Assembly (NCBI GenBank): GCA_905178155.1
Contig: CAJINV010000014.1
Span: 1,026,116 to 1,090,115 of the forward strand
DNA length: 64,000 bases
Source of the DNA: Amoebophrya sp. A120
Taxonomy: Eukaryota > Protista > Dinoflagellata
Direction of reading: 5' to 3'
In this document: positions 47,592 through 59,312 of the stretch, in pieces
Layout: the number at the start of each line of letters is the position of its first letter
How positions within the stretch are numbered: the first letter of the stretch is position 1
Notes under the pieces: generated by a model
Seen by the model: only the letters and a program-made list of their open reading frames with translations
What the model was told of the DNA's origin: nothing
Database searches by the model: none
Made by a program: the position numbers and the translations under genes

Positions 47592-49180
47592 CTTTGTACG
47601 TTTGATGTCCAGGAGGTCATGCAAAGAGACTCTATGCAAATAAAACATGATTTGTGCGTATTTTTACTATTGATGTCATGCATGTGGGCTCGGGGGAGCA
47701 TGAAAATCAAATTTTTACGAGGTATCCACCCGATACAACTGAAACTTCCTTGCGGCCTGCTTTTGCATCCCTGTGTGAACAGGAAGGTAACTATGGGTGA
47801 TGACAAGAAGGACAAATGTATAACGCTGCAGGAATATTTACCCCTCTATACAACTACTCTCGGACGTCGACCTTCCAGAAGCAAAGTGCTGCTAATGGCG
47901 GCAGCCAGAAGTACCACCGGCGAAACACCTCTGTACTAAATCATTATCATGTGCATAAAGATTTTCTTGCACGACCCACACGACCGGCGTTGCGACAAAC
48001 CTCGTATTCATCTCTGCCATGTTGGCTTCTTCCACCTCTTCAAAGTGGAACAGATTTGTTTTGTGTTTTGCAAAAACAGCAGGATAGGTGTAACTTGCAA
48101 CATCGGCAAACCTGATTCATTTTTTCTGATTCATTTTTTCTGATTATTTTTTTCTGTGCTATCTTGTTTAACATTGTTCTTTTTTGCGCATTGCTTTTCA
48201 CACATTATCAAGTCTGAATCGTCTTTACACCCAAACAAAAGTATCAAATTTTGAGCAGCGAGATTTTAAGAACAAGTACTTCAACAGTTCCTCCAAGGTA
48301 GTAGTTCAAAAAAATTTTTCCGTAACAAACCCAGACCTTTTCACAGCAAGGTAAAGCTTCAACTTTTTTTAGACTTTCAAGCGGTTTTTAACAACAACAT
48401 AACTTTCACGAGCCGGATACATTCACGTCTCCTTTTATTTTTACTTGATCGCTTCAGCTTCTCCAACTTGCAACACCTTCGATTTTAGAGTTAACTTGTT
48501 CAGCAGTAGCACTAGAAAGCAGGCATTGTTTTTCTCGTTTTTCAAAGCAGGTCCTTTTTCAGAAGCCAAACCAGCTCCGCCAAGTTGTGGCTTTTATTGA
48601 AGTTGCGCTAGACACATGAGAAGAAGCGTCACTTTGCTTTCAAGCGGTTCCATTTGACCATCCTCAAAAAGCACAAACAAGAACAGGATGTAGCGCTTGC
48701 TTTTTTTCAGTTTGGCATCAGATTCAGACCTACATTTTTTCATGTGATCAACAATTTTACTACAGTTTTATCATACGTCCTCCAAGAGCAAGAAGTAGCC
48801 CTTCTCACTCTTTCTCTTGTTTGGCTCTCCCCAGCACTTTTCGTTTTCGATTTTATATGCGTTAGTTTAACAAGTCACAAAAACCTATCTGCAACGCGCC
48901 ACTGAGTGCCTGTTTTGTGTTATGTGATCCCCCAAAGCACCTTCGCCAGATGTTAGTGCGGAAAAAAGACGAGTTTTGCACTACAAATGTGCGACCCACG
49001 ACTATCATAGTGGATGTGGAGGTAAAGATCCGTCTTTCCGTCCCATTGAAGAATTTGCTCATGAGCAATGTGATTGTCGGTGCAGCAGAGCCGCCGGTGA
49101 AGGGAAAAGTGTCTCGTTTGCGAACCGTCAGCAGCATCCCTGCTCTCTTCGCACTCGAACGACACACGCACGCAGGTAGA
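46880..49180 (+). repeat. PAN-domain 3' half plus downstream region, duplicated at ~53375-55646
   Basis: High nucleotide identity in both coding and non-coding parts. Confidence 0.9.
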
Positions 49181-49207
49181 TTTTCAAAACTTGTTTTGAC
49201 ACAACTA

Positions 49208-50290
49208 CGTATATATTCGCATCCCAAGGTTGTTCCCCAGTACATTATCCCGCGCAGAAAAGATCAAAAGCCTACTGCTAAGAAAAGTACGGCCTCGTGG
49301 TGCCGCCCGATGCGGTTGCGAGAAAAGCAGATAGAACAAGAAGAGATTTTGTGTTCTCCTCGATCTTCGTGGCCCCCTTGTTCTGTGAGCCGCAGGACAC
49401 GCCACAGGATCAACTTTCGAGGTTCCTCCTGGAGGACCAACGGATGCTAGCAGATGGGATTTTGCAAGTCAGGCAAGACAGATGGTCGCGTGACCCACGG
49501 CACGCATTACAAATAGGATCTTTTATTTCAGACCCAGACATATTTGCAGTCGATAGCACGTACCTCAAAGCGATTTTGGGTTTGGGGAAGGAAATCAAGG
49601 GCGAGATCAAGTGTCTACAGGTGGTGGACTGAGAAGTTTCTGCTCCGGCTCGTGCGGTGTAATTTTTTTGATTTATTTATTCCATAGACATAGTGGTCAT
49701 GGTCATGGACCTAGACGTAGACCCGGCGCTTCTGGTTCTGCAAGGGAAATGAAATCCTTTTTTGAGTACGGTATTGTGGTTTAATGCTTGTTTCAACGTA
49801 ACAAACTAGAACTACCCTGTAGTGATCTCCCTCTACTAGGAGGTGCGCTCTTGCAAAACAAACTTTTCAAAATGCAGTTTTTTTGTCTGTCTCCAAAAAA
49901 CTGTTGTACCGCCGCACCAACGAGTGCGAGCATACCGAACGGTAATATTCTGATCTGTTGAGGAGGTGTCTATTCCCATTCCCTCCACTATTTTCAGAAT
50001 AATTCAAAAAGAAAAGTTTTTGATCAAGCAGATGACAATCCTTCTTTCAAGGATCTTTTGTCTACTTCCACGCAAAATCGTCGACGAAGCATAGATACCA
50101 ACGCCGCTGTCGTGGATCGTGTTCTTCGCGGCTGCATGGTCAATGGTGTAGTTGTGCTTTATGCTCGGTGTAGTATTTTGAGATTTTGTTTCTCGGTGTG
50201 ATTTCTTTCGTACTCGTGTCGTTCCTCATCCTCAACGCCGTAGTCCGTCGTCGTCCAGATAAGTGACTCTTCGTCCACCTTCTAGATGTG
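49208..50290 (+). pseudogene. Chimera: RT 5' fragment (copy of ~59313-59573) fused to the 3' half of the 44448 introner, last exon and downstream DNA (copy of ~44620-45400)
   Basis: Sequence switches template at TTTTGC (~49460). Exon copy YLKAILGLGKEIKGEIKCLQVVD* at 49561-49632. Confidence 0.8.
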
Positions 50291-50741
50291 TTGCTGCTCC
50301 TCTTGTACTTGTACCACGAGAAGCATCGGTTCGTGCGCGCGTTCCTGCCTTTGACAGTCGTGCTTGTCGTCTTTCCGCTTCGCGGTGCTGTACAACTGGG
50401 ACTGACTTGCAGGAAGAACTGCGTTCCTGCCGTGCAGTGTCATGCCCTTCGTAGCTACTTTTGGTCTACTAGCTCTACTTCAAAATGATGAATAAGTCAG
50501 GCTCAGGCAGACCTGCGTCTCCTGTTTCGTTCCCTCTTTTCGTTGCACTCACTTTTCGTTTTCTTAGAAAAAATTTCGCGGTCAGAACTCATCCAAGGTG
50601 GTCCAGTGGGACGTTTTCGCAGCAAGTACGGGCGCTCATCATTTAGATTGTGCCTCAATTCTCTTTCGTGAAGGTAGGACAATATATCAGCATAGTAAAT
50701 ACCAACCTAGTAAAACCCAATTTAGAAAAAGAGCGTCAACC

Positions 50742-53700
50742 ATGGCACTTTCGGGCAGCGCGACGTCGTCTTCGCTTCCGCGCTCCGACAGGGGGTGGCA
50801 CAAGCAAGGAACAAAGAGTTTGAGAAGCAGGCTGGGGTCGTCTTTTTCGGTTTTTTTCATTCAAGCCACCGCGATTACCGTGAAAGTGGTACAGAAAAAG
50901 AACGCGGGTCGTAGCGGGCGGGGGAGAGGGGCGGCAGGCTCGCCGCCCTTGTTGTATCATCCCCGGACAGGAAGAACCGCGAAGTCGTCAAAGGAAGACC
51001 TCCGGCACAGCGTCGCAATGGTGGAGGACCCGAAGCGATTGCCGGACGACCGTGGGTCCTCGTCGTCTTTCCCTCGGTCGCGGACGAAAACGGATGCAGC
51101 CGGGAGGGGCGGCTTTGCGGAGCTTTCGGCTAGTGCCAAAACACAAAACACGGAGGAAGCCGACGACGGCGACGGCCGTTGTTTGCCCGCATACAAACAT
51201 CACATGCTTTCGCACATGTACTGGGACAGCGAGGGGACAAATGACCGAGACTGGCAGGACACGTCGGGCTGGGAGGATTGCCGCGAGAAGTGCAAGGACA
51301 GCGCGCTCTTCGCGGACGCCGCTAATGATCAGACAAAGCGGTGCGGCGCCTGGCACGCGTCCGTGCCCGAGGATTGGAAAGCTACGGACGAAGCCCAAGA
51401 CCGACCATACGTGTATTGCCGCCACTACAACTTTGCCTATATCAAGGAGGCTCGAGCGGACAATCCCACCGCATTCGGGGATTTGCTGCCGACGCGGATT
51501 GACCCCGCGGGCGAGCCCTGGGAAGGGGACGACGCCCCGTTTGCCGACCACAACCCGATCGTGCATTGGAACGGGGAAGATGTGGGAGACACCTGGTACA
51601 GTGGGTATTGTATGCGTTCGCCGAGCGGACAGTGGACGGTTCCCGCTACTGGTGCAGAGAAGGAGTCAGAAATCGTACCTGCCGAGGCGAGCCTCGCTAC
51701 GGGTGAGGTTCCTCCCGCAGACTCGCTGCCGTGCGACAACTGGTTCGCATCCCTGTCCGATGTTGCAGAAGAATACCGAATCCCAAAGGCTCAGTGCAAA
51801 TATTTTGATCGTTTGGCCATTTGCTCCGGGCTCACATGGGACAAGGACCAAACTTTTCCCGGGGCCCAGCAGCTCATCACCAACAGTATGGACAAACCCT
51901 GCTCGGAGCAGTGCAAATGCAGCGACAGCCCACTAAATGTCGTCGAAATCATCTCGGTCCTCAATTTGCCCACGGTCGATGAGGATGAGAAGCGGCAGTG
52001 TCTGGAGCCCATCAAAGGTGCGCGTCCGGCGCGCGTGGGTGCCGCAATGTTGAACTTAAAGGGCGAAGCAGTGAAAAGTCCACCGGCCGCGACCCTTTCC
52101 GGGGCAGATACGGCACACGCAGACACGGAAGAGAAATGCAAGAGTGCGTGCTTCGACAAAGCTGAGTGTGTGGCCTGGCACTTTCAGATGGACCATATGC
52201 TGTTGTGTAAAAACGCGCCCACCCTTCAAGCAGAAGACCCGAAATTGGTGTAGATACTCGCTTGCTAGTACATGACTTCCACTGCCAAAAAAAGAAAAAC
52301 GGCTTTGTCTACATGCATGAAACAAATGGGTTCGTAGCGTATTCGGGGTTACTTTGCGTGGTAGCATCACAAATCCATTTACCCCTGTACGCTGGTGATT
52401 ACACAGATTGTCTGACTCCGTAGTAAGCACTAGAGGAACTACACAAAAACCCACTAGTGGGGAGCCGCATGAGAAACGGTTGCTATTCACATATCCCGGA
52501 TACATCTGGGGTAGGTACGGTTTTACACAGGATGGACCACTCGGATTCGTCTGCAGAACCAGCAGGAGCGTCGTGTGCGCTTTGGACCGATGGGGAGGTC
52601 GTGACAGGCACGGATGTGCCACAAACTTCAGAGGAGTGCACGAAGCAATGCGCTGACAGCGACACGTGCCGCACAGCAAGCTTTGTTGGTGAACACTGCC
52701 TGTTCAAGTATGCAGGAAAGGAGTACTTGTGCGCTCAGGATACGAACTACGACGCCGCGACCTGCCCATCTCTGCTTCTGGACACCACGCAGGAAGGAGA
52801 TGCGGGCTCGGCGGTTGGATTTTGCGTGCCTGATTTCCGGGAAAAAGGGACGCTTTCGCTCGTGTCCGATTCCGGGACTTCAGGCCGTAGCTGGACGTAT
52901 GGGGAGGAAGCAGGAGTGCCGTCGTGGTACGTGGACGGGGCAGCGCCCTGTCTCACAAAGTGTATCACGCCTGAAGACGAGCCGAACTACACGTGCAAAG
53001 ACGCGCGTCAAGGGCGATGCGACGCTGATGAGGACAGCACGGCAGCGCTCTCGCTACCCTGTGATTCGCGACGCACGCGCGATTCCTTCGAGCGCATGTA
53101 CGATTCCTTCGGGCTTTTTGCGTACAATTTGCCGCCGGGGGGCGACACGCTTTATGCCTTTGCAGAAATGTCACATCATACTTGTGCCGCTTTCGACCAC
53201 CAGCGCAACTGCGTGACGGCCTTTGCTCCCCAGGACGACGACGGCGGTATTGCCGACCTCGTGGTGAACAAGCGTCCGAAAACACATCCGCGCGATATGT
53301 ACGAGGCGGCCCAGATAAGCTTCAATTTGGGACTGAATGAATGTGCTCTGCAGTGTGGTTGCGTGACATGGCTTTCGTGTCCATCGACCGGCACCGATTC
53401 CAGCGGTGCGGCCGTCGCGTTCGAACTCGTGAAGGGGAAAAAGGTCCATTCCTCGGGGGCCTACAGTACCACGGACCTCGGGGACTCGGCCGACCTCGGT
53501 GCGTGCGCTGATCAGTGCGCGCAGGATGAGGAGTGCGCTGCGTTCTCGGGCCATCGGAGCGCCGTCGTGGCTTCCGGACAGGGGGAGGCCGCGGCAGCCA
53601 CGGCCACGGTACAATGCAGGCTGCACTCGCAAGCAACTGTGGATGACGCGGACCTCGTGACAGACATGCCAGCAGGGATGGACAATGTGTTTTGCCGACG

Positions 53701-54136
53701 AGGCGTGCCTCAACTACCAGAGCGGCCTACGGCCACCTGTCCCGGGCAGGAAATCCAGGTGGGCACCAGCACGGCCACTTTCGAAGCGAGTACGGAGGCA
53801 AAGACGATCAGCGCGAAAATGGCCTCCAGTCCGACCGACCAACAGACGGTGTCGCAGTGCGCGAACTTGTGCGCGCAGTCGCAGGAGCAGTGTGTCGCCT
53901 TCTCGTATGCGACGAGCGAACAGGAGTGCAACTTGCACAGCCAAAAAAATCTGGACGACGCCGCGGGTGCAGAAGCGGATCCGACGAAGATCTTGTGCGA
54001 AATGACGATCGAAGGGGACGATGGCTCGGGGAACGACGGCGAGGCGGAAAAGCCACCTTCGGTATTGCCCGTCAGTAACGTCACCCCTACTACGACTAAA
54101 AAAAAAAATGCTTTCGCGATACTTTTGTCCAGGTAA
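50742..54136 (+). CDS. Secreted multi-PAN/Apple-domain protein; exons 50742-52249 and 52531-54136 (probable GT-AG intron)
   Basis: Several PAN-like Cys motifs. GTAGAT...TTTTACACAG intron joins the two ORFs in frame. C-terminal domains are shared with the 45765 gene. Confidence 0.75.
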
Positions 54137-55689
54137 TACTGAGAGACTCTAGGGGGCAAAAAATACGTACTCACTAGTGATACATTGTGTGCAGGAGCTG
54201 CGCAGGAGAATACCCCTGCGAACAAGTTACCCGATGCAAGTTCGGCACCTTTTGCATGCCTAAGAGAGGAGGGTACTATTTGAGTATGCGTCATGACACG
54301 AATGACAAATGTAGAGCGCTGCATGAAATTATCCCTTGATACTCCTCACGGACCTCGACCTTCCAGAAGCAAAGAGCTGCTAATGGCGGCAGCTAGAAGT
54401 ACCACCGGCGATACGGCTCTGCACTATAAATCATGTGCATTTTCTTGCACGACCCGGACCCTCACGACCGACGTTGCGACACACCTCGTATTCATCTCTG
54501 CCATGGCATCTTCCACCTCTTCAAAGTGGAGCAGATTTGTTTTGTGTTTTGCAAAAACAGCAGGAAAGGAGGTGTAACTTGCAACATCGGCAAACCTGAT
54601 TCATTTTTTCTGATTAAGTTTTTCTGTGCTATCTTGTTTAACATTGTTCTTTTTTGCGCATTGCTTTTCACACATTATCAAGTCTGAGTCGTCTTTACAC
54701 ACAAACAAAAGTATCAAATTTCGTGCAGCGAGATTTTAAGAACAAGTACTTCAACAGTTCCTCCAAGGTAGTAGTTCAAAAAAATTTTTCCGTAACAAAC
54801 CCAGACCTTTTCACAGCAAGGTAAAGCTTCAACTTTTAGACTTTCAAACGGTTTTTAACAACAACATAACTTTCACGAGCCGGATACATTCACGTCTCCT
54901 TTTATTTTTACTTGATCGCTTCAGCTTCTCCAACTTGCAACACCTTCGATTTTAGAGTTAACTTGTTCAGCAGTAGCACTAGAAAGCAGGCATTGTTTTT
55001 CTCGTTTTTCAAAGCAGGTCCTTTTTCAGAAGCCAAACCAGCTCCGCCAAGTTGTGGCTTTTATTGAAGTTGCGCTAGACACATGAGAAGAAGCGTCACT
55101 TTGCTTTCAAGCGGTTCCATTTGACCATCCTCAAAAAGCACAAACAAGAACAGGATGTAGCGCTTGCTTTTTTTCAGTTTGGCATCAGATTCAGACCTAC
55201 ATTTTTTCATGTGATCAACAATTTTACTACAGTTTTATCATACGTCCTCCAAGAGCAAGAAGTAGCCCTTCTCACTCTTTCTCTTGTTTGGCTCTCCCCA
55301 GCACTTTTCGTTTTCGATTTTATATGCGTTAGGTTAACAACTCACAAAACCCTATCTGCAACGCGCCACTGAGTGCCCGTTTTGTGTCGTGTGATCCCCC
55401 AAAGTAGCACCTTCGCCAGATGTTAGCGCGAAAAAAAGACGAATTTTGCACTACAAATGTGCGACCCACGACTATCATAGTGGAGGTAAAGGTCCGTCAT
55501 TCCGTCCCATCGAAGAGTCTGCTCATGAGCAATGTGATTGTCTGTGCAGCAAGGCCTCCGGTGAATGGAGAAGTGTCTCGTTTGCGAACCGTCAGCAGCA
55601 TCCCTGCTCTCTTCGCACTCGAGCGACACACGCACGCAGGTAGATTGTTGAAGCAAGTGTCTTCAACACTCGCACTCGAGCGACAAAAT

Positions 55690-56340
55690 CGCCTCCAGTC
55701 CGACCGACAAACAGACGGTGTCGCAATGCGCGGACTTGTGCGCGCAGTCGCAGGAGCAGTGTGTCGCCTTTTCGTATTCGTCGAACACACAGGAGTGCAG
55801 CTTGCACAGCGAAGAAAACCTGGACGGCGCCCCGGGTGCGGAAGTAGATCCGACGAAGATCTTGTGCAAAATGTTGACTATCGAATCGGGAGGGGGGGGC
55901 GACGGCTATGTGGACGACGGGTCGGGGGACGATGGCTCCGGGAACGACGGCGAGACGATGGGTCGGGCACCTCCGGTACGGCCCATCAGCGTCACCCCTA
56001 CTACGACTCAAAAAAAATGCTTTCGCGATACTTTTGTCCAGGTAATACAGAGAGACTCTAGAAGGGGGCAAAAATTACGTACTCACTAGTGATACATAGT
56101 GTGCAGGAGCTGTGCAGGAGAATACTCCTGTGAACAAGTTACCCGATGCAAGTTCGGCACCTTTTGCATGCCAAAGTGAGGAGGGTACTATTTGAGTATG
56201 CGTCATGACACGAATGACAAATGTAGAGCGCTGCATGAAATTATCCCTTGATACTCCTCACGTACCCCGACCTTCCAGAAGCGCGGTGCTGCTAATGGCG
56301 GTAACCAGCACCTGCGGCGAAACAGCTTTGTACTAAATCA
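55690..56340 (+). pseudogene. Third, partial copy of the terminal PAN domain and 3' region
   Basis: SQCADLCAQSQEQCVAFSY fragment lacking upstream exons. Confidence 0.75.
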
Positions 56341-57039
56341 TGTTCCTTTATTTTTTGCACCGACACAACCGTGTCTATCGAGAGGCCTGTTGGGTCCCGG
56401 AGGGCCTACTGGGACAAATTATGTATACGTCATCCTATGCCGACACACAACTCTTCAGACGGGACTAGACCTAGTGGGCAAAAGACAGCAATAATGTTGA
56501 AAGATGGCCCACGAGCGATCTGCTTGCAACATGCTGCTCTCTTCGCATTCGAACGACACACGCACGCAGGTAGATTTTCAGAACTTGTTTTACCACAACT
56601 AAGTACTTACTTGCATCTACTAAGAGGAATTTTCTGGGAATTGGGAAAATTGAAAAAAATTCGTCCCTCCTTCGCTGCCCCGCTATATCAAGAAGCACCG
56701 TTGACACACGCTGCCCCGGTCGGATCTGTTCGCGCTACAGGGAGGGTGTCTGGATGTCCTTCCTGGGAAGGCCGCCACCCTGTAGCCGTGTTGCACCAGG
56801 CCAATGCTATACGACTAAAAGCCCGGGCACCATGCGGCGGGGCGTCCCAGATTTAGCATTTGCAATGGGTAGGGGTCGCTTTTACCTAGGGGCCCCACGC
56901 CCGGCCCCTGCGCCTTGCAATATTTCGACGAATTGACGAAGGAGCACCCTAGCGAAGATGCCGCAGCCGGCCTCAACTCAGGCACTTGGCTTGCGGACTC
57001 AGGTGCGGTTTCAGGTGATTCACACCACCAATCACGATG

Positions 57040-57270
57040 GCTCTGCGCGTTTTCAATTTTCCGGGAAAACTCGGAAGGGGGGGGCGGAGGGGGGGTCCGG
57101 AAGGGCCCGGAACGGGGGGGCGGTTTACGGGCTCCAAATCGTGTCCGTGCCGTCGTGCTTTCAATTTTCCGGGAAAACTCCGAGGGCCCCCCCGCGGGGG
57201 GGTTCTGGGCCGCCCCCCTCCGGAGGCCTCCGCCCCAAAAAGTGGGCCACTTTCAATGCGAAAAAGTGGG
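57040..57270. repeat. GC-rich palindromic/G-run tract with two copies of TTTCAATTTTCCGGGAAAACTC
   Basis: Direct repeat at ~57051 and ~57159; long G and C runs. Confidence 0.7.
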
Positions 57271-58166
57271 GTCAAATGAGGTTCTTTACGCTCTCTTCGC
57301 ACTCGAGCGACACACGCACGCAGGTAGATTTTCAAAACTTGTTTTGACACAACTAAGTATATAATCGCTTTCCGAGATGTTGAAGTTATTCGTACCTCCA
57401 CCCCGCAGAGGACAAGAGTCTACTCTTCTTTCTCAACCCTCTGTCTATCACCCTCCTCGACTACGAAGATACTTGCTGGCATGCAACAGATTCTAACGGA
57501 CAAAGTCGTCTTCTTTTCTTTTTCCCCCAGCCCCAATCCCCTCTCCAGAATAGTACAATGTCTCAGATCCGCTGAAGCATGCGATTGCTCTTCGATTTCG
57601 GCCAGCAGCGCAAGGCTCGCGAAAAAGCCGTTCTACTTGCGGTTTTTTTCTCCTCTGCAGTGGCCATGAGTACTACATGCACAGCAACGAGGCACGTGCA
57701 AATTTGTCGTTCCGTCACTTTTGTGGTGCCATCGTTCAAAACAATCGTCCTGAGTCGTGCCACCCTCGTCTTCGTGCAAGCCCGATGTTCATAAATATGT
57801 CCGAAGAAGTAGAAGGCTTCTATGGTTCGCGTGCTGCCTTTCCACGTCTCGGCTGGCCGTTTTCGGCCATAGCGTTTTTTTTCGTTATTTGTTGGTAGGA
57901 AATTGAATCGGAATCCAATCGGATGTAAAGCTGCTCAAGTAGCACCAGGAAGAGTAGCACCCCTCTAGCTCTACTCGTTCTACCCGAAATATTTACACGC
58001 GAGCCGGCTTCGTCTCCTTAATGGAGAAAGAAAAGCACGATTCAACATCTTTACAAAGGCATAATTTTCTTGATTGACGCATTGGCGAAGTTGTTCCATT
58101 CATTCAGACCGCCAGCAGTTGCAGTTTTCATTTCAGATTCGCTTGTTCTTCCCGGACGCGGCGGCC

Positions 58167-59137
58167 ATGATGACGCTGCGGCGCACACCAGTACGGAGAT
58201 GTTATATCGCGAGTGCTTGTCGCGCGTTCTTCTGCGTCGACCCCCTCTGGTGCAGTCTATGGAACGATTCTGTCCTTCCTGCCGTCCGCGGCCACATGAT
58301 GTACTTGAGAAGACTTCCTAACGGCGTCCAGCTGTATGACCTGCAGCGAGGTGGGGCCGACGTGGATGCGTCGGGCCAGCCGTGGTACCCGCGCAGGGGC
58401 TTGGGGCATGTAGACGGCGAAGGGGGGAAATTAGATGCTGCAAGACGCGGTAGCGGTTTTGGAGAAGATTTCAAGGCACAGAGTAACAAGTACACCAGTA
58501 GCACGAGGAAAAATCTTCATCCTTCCGCCTCATATCAGAATAAATTGGAGTTGTATAGTAGGGACCTACTAGCATGACGTGTGTAGTACATATTGCACAA
58601 GAATAAATCATTCTGATTATAATCCTGCCGGCAGATAATTCTGATTGAGCACTATGGGGATGGCGGTGGTTCTTTTTGCCTAGGATAACGAAGGAGTTTT
58701 GCGAACTCGACTCGGACGGCGACGGCATGACCAATGGCCTCGAGCTCGGCGACCCGTGTTGTGAATGGGATCTTGCGACGTACGGGGATGCAACGGATTT
58801 ATGGCCCGGCGGCCGGACCGATCTGTCGACCTTGACGCAGCCCGGCTTGGCGGACGAGAAAAGTGTCGTGGACGCGCAAAACGCACTGTATGGCAAGGCG
58901 GTGGTGTGCACCACGGAGACGGACCAGGGTCTCGGAGCGGCAGCCGCGGAGGGCACGGAGAGCACGCAAGAGCAGGGCGGCGGTGCGGAGAGTGGAGATT
59001 GGGCGGACACGGGTACTAGTGGCGGAAACGAGGAGCAGGGCAGCAGCGACACCAAGGGAGGGGCCGCGGGGGCGGGCGACACAAAATCGAATTCCAGCTC
59101 GAAGAATGAGGGCGGTGGCGGTTTCTTGTGCTGCTAA
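58167..59137 (+). CDS. Temptin-like protein, second copy; exons 58167-58489, 58684-59137
   Basis: Near-identical to 40858-41828 with an intact ORF and intron. Confidence 0.78.
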
Positions 59138-59312
59138 AGAAGTAGCAGACGTCGAATCATCATAGCATTTGACTACATGATAAAAACCATGCTGCTCTCC
59201 TGACACGGGCATGTCCAAATACTTTTTTTCTCGAAACATAATTTTGGCAGTTCTTCGCACTCGAGCGACACACGCACGCAGGTAGATTTTCAAAACTTGT
59301 TTTGACACAACT

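Noticed and set aside
47568-47850. Further introner at the 3' end of the PAN genes (also ~54090-54340)
   Set aside because: The shared motif is present, but I could not define convincing TIRs, a TSD or a downstream exon.
47940-49140. Transposase or minus-strand gene in the duplicated AT-rich block
   Set aside because: Only short ORFs with many stops and no DDE motif recognised.
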